From: Erythrobacteraceae bacterium
Lineage (GTDB): Bacteria > Pseudomonadota > Alphaproteobacteria > Sphingomonadales > Sphingomonadaceae
Assembly (NCBI GenBank): GCA_027487015.1
Contig: JAIYEK010000169.1
Coordinates: forward strand, 9,080 to 73,079
Reading direction: 5' to 3'
DNA: 64,000 nucleotides
Within the stretch, counting starts at the first letter, position 1. Every line of letters begins with the position of its first letter. The notes beneath the pieces were generated by a model. That model made no database searches. It had not been told where the DNA came from and was given only the letters and a program-made list of their open reading frames with translations. Both the position numbers and the translations under genes were made by a program. This document shows, in pieces, positions 60,754 to 64,000 of this stretch.

Positions 60754-62364
60754 CTACCCTTGCCCGTTCAGAAAGCTAGCAGCGCGTTTGGTCTGACTGG
60801 ATCGACGCAGCAGGTAGGCGCGGCCTTCGACGACAAAGCCGTCCAATTCGCGTCGCCTGACGTACCGATCCAGATCGTCAAGGCGGTTGATGAAGCCCTT
60901 GCCGTTGAAGTTCAGCGACGTGTTGCAAAGAACGCCGTACCCGGTGCGGGCCTTAAAAGCGGTCAGGAGGTCGAACATCGCAGAATTGCTCGCCTTGCTC
61001 ACAGTCTGAATGCGCGCGCTGCCGTTCACGTGGGTAACAGCACGCAGCGCATCGGTGGTTGCGGTAAACGTGTAGAGCATATGCGGGCTTGGCGCATGGC
61101 AGTCGAACCAGCGTGCCGCCTCATCCTCCAGACACACAGGGGCGATCGGCCGAAAGGGCTCGCGCTGCTTAATGGCGTTGAGCCGTTCCCGCACAGCATC
61201 GCTAAAAGGCGCGGCAAGGATCGAGCGGTTGCCCAGTGCGCGCGGGCCGATCTCGTAGCGACCGTTGACCCAGCACAAGATCAATCCTTGGGCCAGCAGC
61301 TCGGCCACCTGTTCCGGACTGGCATCAATGACGTCATAGTGATCCCGCTTGAAATCGCCGCTGCTGTCGAACTCTTCACCGGCGTAGACATCCCAGCGGA
61401 TCGTCGGGTCGCCGGTGAAATGCCATTGCGCGTCGATCGCGGTGCCAATCGCTGAGCCCGAGTCATTTGCCACCGGCGGCACGAATACGTGCGGAAACAG
61501 GCCGCTAGCCTCCCACTTGCTGTTCCAATCACAATTGAGCCCGCACCCTCCGGCGATCAGCAAGGGAAGGCGCTTGTGAAGATTCGCCTCAGCAAAACGG
61601 TAGAAGGTATCAAAGATACGATCGCTGGCGATGCCGGCGAAATTGCGAAATTCGGGGTTTTCCAACCCGACATTGTAATGGGGAGCTTGCTCAAGATCCG
61701 GATAGCGATCGAGCTGGACCACGGACGTCGACATCAGAAACGCCAGCAGTTGTTCTTCTTCGGGCGTTGCGGCGGAGCGCGTCGCAAACGATGCCAGCGC
61801 CATGAGTTTGCCCGAATCACTCGCGCGGCCCCCCGGGAAGTTCTTGGGAAAGCTCGGGTCGGCGAGGCCATAAATGGAAGCATAACGTTTGCCAGGCTGG
61901 TTCAATACATCGCCCAGCAGCGTGATTTCGAAGTCCTCGTCGATCTCGTAGAAGGAACCAATGATTCCCTCCCACACCAGAACATAGCAAGGCGTGCCCT
62001 TGGGTAGCCCTGACAAACCAAAGGCGCACAGCAAATGCGATCGTTCGTGGGATGAAGAAAAATAAGGCAAGCGCCGCCCGGCCACCTCGCGCTGTCCCAC
62101 GGCAATTCCGGCCGGGGTGATGCCGCGATAGCCGACATGCGGATGGATTCGGGTCAGCATGGATTCGTTCAGCCAATACCCTCCCATGCAGAACACGTCG
62201 GGTGTGTCGCCCAGCGTCTCGATCGACTCGTTCACGTGTTGCTCGCTGAGCCCGGCATAGCGCGGATGGCTGTCCTTCTCCGCCTCTCGGCTGAAGACTA
62301 ACTGCCCATCCACGAGCCAAACGACAGCACCGTCGTGACCAGGGTTGCAAGAAAGGATTTTCAC
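60754..62364 (-). CDS. carbamoyltransferase (NodU/CmcH family)
   Basis: MKILSCNPGHDGAVVWLVDGQLVFSREAEKDSHPRY, IAGGCGLNCDWN, GPRALGNRSILA, LCNTSLNFNGKGFINRLDD. Confidence 0.85.
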   Translation of the reverse strand: MKILSCNPGHDGAVVWLVDGQLVFSREAEKDSHPRYAGLSEQHVNESIETLGDTPDVFCMGGYWLNESMLTRIHPHVGYRGITPAGIAVGQREVAGRRLPYFSSSHERSHLLCAFGLSGLPKGTPCYVLVWEGIIGSFYEIDEDFEITLLGDVLNQPGKRYASIYGLADPSFPKNFPGGRASDSGKLMALASFATRSAATPEEEQLLAFLMSTSVVQLDRYPDLEQAPHYNVGLENPEFRNFAGIASDRIFDTFYRFAEANLHKRLPLLIAGGCGLNCDWNSKWEASGLFPHVFVPPVANDSGSAIGTAIDAQWHFTGDPTIRWDVYAGEEFDSSGDFKRDHYDVIDASPEQVAELLAQGLILCWVNGRYEIGPRALGNRSILAAPFSDAVRERLNAIKQREPFRPIAPVCLEDEAARWFDCHAPSPHMLYTFTATTDALRAVTHVNGSARIQTVSKASNSAMFDLLTAFKARTGYGVLCNTSLNFNGKGFINRLDDLDRYVRRRELDGFVVEGRAYLLRRSSQTKRAASFLNGQG

Positions 62365-62443
62365 CGCTGTGCTCCATTTGGAAAATCAACGCCGCTTGGC
62401 GCCCGCTGGCAATTCTGGCTTTCTAGGGCGCTGCTCCTGACGC

Positions 62444-64000
62444 TCATTCCGCACCTATGGTGATCGTACCCGGCGGGCGCCCGGCGCAGCGGCGGCTGTG
62501 CATGGCACGAAAGGCGGCTTCGAGCCGGCGCGTGTAGCGCGCGGAATCGAACAGGGGTGCATTCAGCCGCCTGTCCGCCAATCGCTCGCGGATCGCGGCA
62601 AGCATATCGGGCTGCGTGCCAAGCAGGATTGCCTGCCGTTCGTATTCCGCCGCGGAGTTTGTGACCAGGTCAGGCATGTGGATCGCCTGCAACACGCTGG
62701 CTGCGACCCGGCCAGGCCAAGTACTCCCTGCCAGCGTCAGTACCGGCAGCCCTGCCCAGAGCGCGTCAGTGGTGGTGGTGTGCCCATTGTATGGCAAGCT
62801 GTCGAGCGCCAGATCGGCGCAGCTATGGCGGGCCAGATGTTCGCTTGGCGCCAAGCGCGGAGCAAAGACGAGCCGCGCCGGATCGAGACCGAACCGGGCG
62901 GCCGCCGCGCGCAGATTGGCCGTGGCGACCGCGTTTGCATCAAGAAGCCAAAGGACGCTGCCTTCGACCGCGTCGAGGATTCGCATCCAGCGGGCGAAGG
63001 TCTCAGGCAGAATCTTGTGGCAATGGTTGAAGCAGGCGAAAACAACGCCGCGTTCCGGCAAGCCGCACTCCGCGCGAGTGAAGCACCGGTCGCTTATCTC
63101 GCGGTCCCGGTCAGTCGGGTAGTACGTGTCAGGCAGGTATACAATCGCCTCGCTGTGCCATTGGCGCTCGTCGTCAGGAACGACCACGGAATCGGCAATG
63201 GCATAGTCGACCTGCGCAGCACCGCTCGTTGCCGGACACCCAAGAAAGCTGACCTGCACCGGAGCCGGACGAAGGGCTAACACATCACTGCGGCTGTTAC
63301 CGAAATAGCCGTTGAGATCGACAAGGATATCAATTGCTTCTGCGCGAATCGTCGCTGCCAGGTCCACATCGCTCAGCGCTCTTACGTCAATGATCTGGGT
63401 AAAGCTGCGAGTGATGCGCTGGCGCAAAGGTGTGCCATCGTCGGTGCCGTTATCGAAAGCGACAATATCGAACGCATCGCGATCATGGTGATCGAACACC
63501 CCTGCCATCACGAGCCCGTTTGCGGAAAGGTTGAATTCGCCCGAAAGATAGCCGACCCGTATGCGCCGAGCGGGCGAGGTCGCGGTCGGCATGGGAGGGA
63601 ATTCAGGCGGATCGGGCAGCGACCGAGCGATCTGGCGTTGCCGGTTTAGCCCCGCCTGCAACAGGCTTCGCGGTGACGTGGCAACGGTTTGCCAATAGAA
63701 CGGGTGCACCGCATCTTTGCCCGCTTCGAGATCGCGTGCCACTGTCGCGATCAATCGGTCAAGCTCTTCCCAATCACAGCACAATATCTGCGCCTGCAGC
63801 AGAAGTCCGGCCATGCCGGGCCGTTCGGGTGCGATCCGCGCTGCACTACGCCAAGCCTTCAATGCCAGTTCATGCTGATTAAGGCTGGAGAAAATCGATC
63901 CCAAGGCGATCCACGCCGGTGCTGAGACAGGATCGATTTGTGTGGCGAGCATTGCACTGGCCAGCGCCTCGGCCTTGCGACCCAGAGCAAGCAAGGCACG
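62444..64000 (-). CDS. TPR-repeat / GT41-like (SPINDLY-type O-GlcNAc transferase family) protein; N-terminus beyond the right edge
   Basis: TPR-like N-terminal part (ALASAMLATQIDPVSAPAWIALGSIF...). The C-terminal block reads RIRVGYLSGEFNLSANGLVMAGVFDHHDRDAFDIVAF...FACFNHCHKILPETFARWMRIL...LDSLPYNGHTTTTDALWAGLPVLTLAGSTWPGRVAAS. The frame is open to position 64000. Confidence 0.7.
   Translation of the reverse strand, partial: RALLALGRKAEALASAMLATQIDPVSAPAWIALGSIFSSLNQHELALKAWRSAARIAPERPGMAGLLLQAQILCCDWEELDRLIATVARDLEAGKDAVHPFYWQTVATSPRSLLQAGLNRQRQIARSLPDPPEFPPMPTATSPARRIRVGYLSGEFNLSANGLVMAGVFDHHDRDAFDIVAFDNGTDDGTPLRQRITRSFTQIIDVRALSDVDLAATIRAEAIDILVDLNGYFGNSRSDVLALRPAPVQVSFLGCPATSGAAQVDYAIADSVVVPDDERQWHSEAIVYLPDTYYPTDRDREISDRCFTRAECGLPERGVVFACFNHCHKILPETFARWMRILDAVEGSVLWLLDANAVATANLRAAAARFGLDPARLVFAPRLAPSEHLARHSCADLALDSLPYNGHTTTTDALWAGLPVLTLAGSTWPGRVAASVLQAIHMPDLVTNSAAEYERQAILLGTQPDMLAAIRERLADRRLNAPLFDSARYTRRLEAAFRAMHSRRCAGRPPGTITIGAE

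Overview
This is high-GC sequence of alphaproteobacterial type. The protein families look sphingomonad-like, but the taxon is inference only.

Positions 1 to about 32,250 read as the distal part of an integrated mobile element (ICE/IME or integrated plasmid).
- It ends at a roughly 50-nt 3' fragment of a tRNA-Val(CAC)-like gene (32199-32248).
- Its backbone carries ParA plus a small RHH partner with arrays of CACATG-type repeats, a MobF/TrwC-type relaxase, an RHH accessory protein, an oriT-like hairpin plus nic-like motif, and a RepC-like initiator.

Left of the backbone lies a dense defence/addiction cargo:
- HipBA with palindromic operators.
- An ankyrin-sigma70 fusion gene translationally coupled to a GHKL ATPase - Z1 - PD-(D/E)XK - AIPR operon, with a convergent Dcm methyltransferase.
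- A SPARTA-type TIR-APAZ/short pAgo pair that continues, apparently in the same operon, into a small multi-TM protein and a ThsB-like TIR-like protein.
- A TIR-domain protein translationally coupled to a stand-alone SLOG protein.
- An AbiE-like pair behind a nested palindrome.
- Decayed remnants of an ATPase N-terminus and a WD40 C-terminus.

Right of the tRNA fragment the sequence looks chromosomal:
- A LysR regulator and a PLP decarboxylase.
- A roughly 20-kb Wzx/Wzy-type polysaccharide locus: Wza, Wzc with a (GY)7 tail, two polymerase-like proteins, several GT4 glycosyltransferases, AsnB, a flippase, a UDP-sugar dehydrogenase, a deacetylase and a priming transferase.
- A tail-collar protein, a GNAT, and a nest of decayed IS3 copies, one split by an IS110-family element.
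- A carbamoyltransferase and a TPR/GT41-like gene running off the right edge.

The most novel-looking items are (1) the four-gene SPARTA + TM + ThsB-like operon, (2) the TIR-SLOG pair, and (3) the ankyrin-sigma factor heading the Z1/AIPR restriction-like operon. All functional calls come from motif recognition by eye. No database search was run.
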